From Hypanus sabinus (Eukaryota), in contig NC_082708.1 in NCBI RefSeq assembly GCF_030144855.1, positions 45,136,001 to 45,200,000 on the forward strand: a stretch of 64,000 bases of DNA. The letters run 5' to 3'. The position numbers and the translations under genes were made by a program. Numbering within the stretch: position 1 is the first letter of the stretch; each line of letters opens with the position of its first letter. Below are positions 62,633-64,000 of this stretch, one piece after another. The notes beneath the pieces are model-generated. The model worked only from the letters and a program-made list of their open reading frames with translations, was not told the DNA's origin and searched no databases.

Positions 62633-62879
62633 TCTAATGGTTGTCTAAAGTTCTGGGAATTTTTCAGAAACCACAAGCAAATGTATAAAAAGATAATAAT
62701 GGGGGGATTCTTGGTCATGATAGAAAACATCCAAGTAATATTGAAACAAACATTAAGAGCTTCTAGAGATGAATAATAAGGAGCATAAGTTATGTGAACG
62801 TGGCAGGGTGAGATTAGGGAGCAGGATATAATGAAATGGTGGGTGAAAACAGATGGAAGGGCATGTTACGACAAGGACA

Positions 62880-63560
62880 TCATGACTCTGCTACAGGATA
62901 TAGATAAATTGAGTGGGTGGGTGAAAATTAGCAAATGAAGCTTAGTGAGAGAAAAGATGAGGTTATGCACTTCCATAGGAGGAATCAAAAGTCAGACCAT
63001 CGTCTTATTGGACAGTAATTGCAAATGAGTAAAATACAGAAAGAATTAGGTGTTCTTGTGCATGAATCACAATAAGTTCAACAATTAGGTAAGAGGGGAA
63101 ATAGCATTTCAGCATTTATTGTAAGGATATTGCCATTTAAGTATAGGGATTTGCTATTACAGTTGTATAGGGTGAAGTTTAGTGAGGCCACACTTGCAGT
63201 ATTATGCACAGTTTTGGTCCCTTTTCTTAAGACACTGTAGCACTGCATGACATTCAAAAGAAATTCACTGGGGTCGATTCTCGGAACGAGAGGATTGTCA
63301 CACCTACACAAGGCTAAAGAAGTTGTATCTGTAGTCTTTGGATTTTTGAAGAATTACTCTCAGGCCATGACAGGTTAGATGTTGAGATGTTTACACCAGT
63401 GGAGAGTCTCAAAAGTGAGGACAAAGGTTGATCTTTAAAAAATGAGATACATGGAAACATCTTACAAAGGATGATCAATCTTTGAAATTCTCTCTCCTGG
63501 AGGTTTTTAGGCTAGGAAGAGACATTGTCAATAACGTAGATAGAAAACATATATTTTAAA
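62880..63560 (+). mobile_element. Degenerate CR1 LINE fragment
   Basis: GAGTGGG..AAAT..GCAAATG, TGAGGTTATGCACTT, GTGAGGCCACACTTGCAGTATT..CAGTTTTGGTC. Confidence 0.75.
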
Positions 63561-63637
63561 GAGATGTTAATAGATTAATCAAATTGGCAAATAGGTGCCA
63601 AAAAAAGTTCAATGTTCAAGTGAAAGGGCATCAACTT

Positions 63638-64000
63638 TAGAACATAGAATGGTACAGCATAGTCAGGAATTGTGGCCCACAATGTTGTGCTGACCTTTTA
63701 ACCTACTTGAAGATTCATCTAAACCTTTTCGCCCATATACGACTTGGTTTTCCTTTCATCCACATGCCTATCTAAAAGTGTCTTACTTATCTCTTATGTA
63801 TCTGCCGCTACCACCACCCCAATCGTGCATTTCATGCACCCGCCACTCTCTGTACAAAAAATCTACCTCTAATATCCCCCTTATACTTTCTTCCAATCAC
63901 TTTACAATATTGTCCCCTCCCATTAACCAGTTCCAACCTGGAAAAAGGTGCTGGGTGTCCACTTTATCTATGCCTCTTAACATTTTATACCTTCTATCAA
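63638..64000 (-). mobile_element. CR1 LINE 3' end (runs off the window)
   Basis: TAGAACATAGAA tail, GGCCCACAATGTTGTGC, CACTCTCTGT..AAAAA.CTACC.CT. Confidence 0.85.

Overview
Eukaryotic, AT-rich, repeat-dense non-coding DNA with two assembly gaps. The repeat complement (CR1, Rex1/Babar and L2 LINE fragments, V-SINE/HE1-type SINEs, Penelope-like elements) points by inference to a cartilaginous fish, probably a ray. I cannot identify any intact protein-coding gene; nearly all listed ORFs are decayed retroelement fragments, repeat translations or noise. Main landmarks: (1) a decayed Gypsy LTR retrotransposon with both LTRs but no integrase (~38.7-42.3 kb); (2) a ~4 kb, 48-bp minisatellite that is open in five of six frames and shows higher-order structure (52.2-56.2 kb); (3) a 35-bp minisatellite that arose inside a Rex1/Babar LINE ORF (57.2-57.8 kb); (4) about 15 Penelope-like terminal segments, many carrying decayed minimal hammerhead-ribozyme motifs; (5) a CpG-enriched promoter-like island at ~30.9-31.8 kb with a candidate minus-strand first exon. 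I see no convincing evidence of a new biological system. The best leads are the dispersed hammerhead-bearing termini, the two minisatellites and the unidentified minus-strand promoter/exon candidates. TE boundaries are approximate (read by eye).
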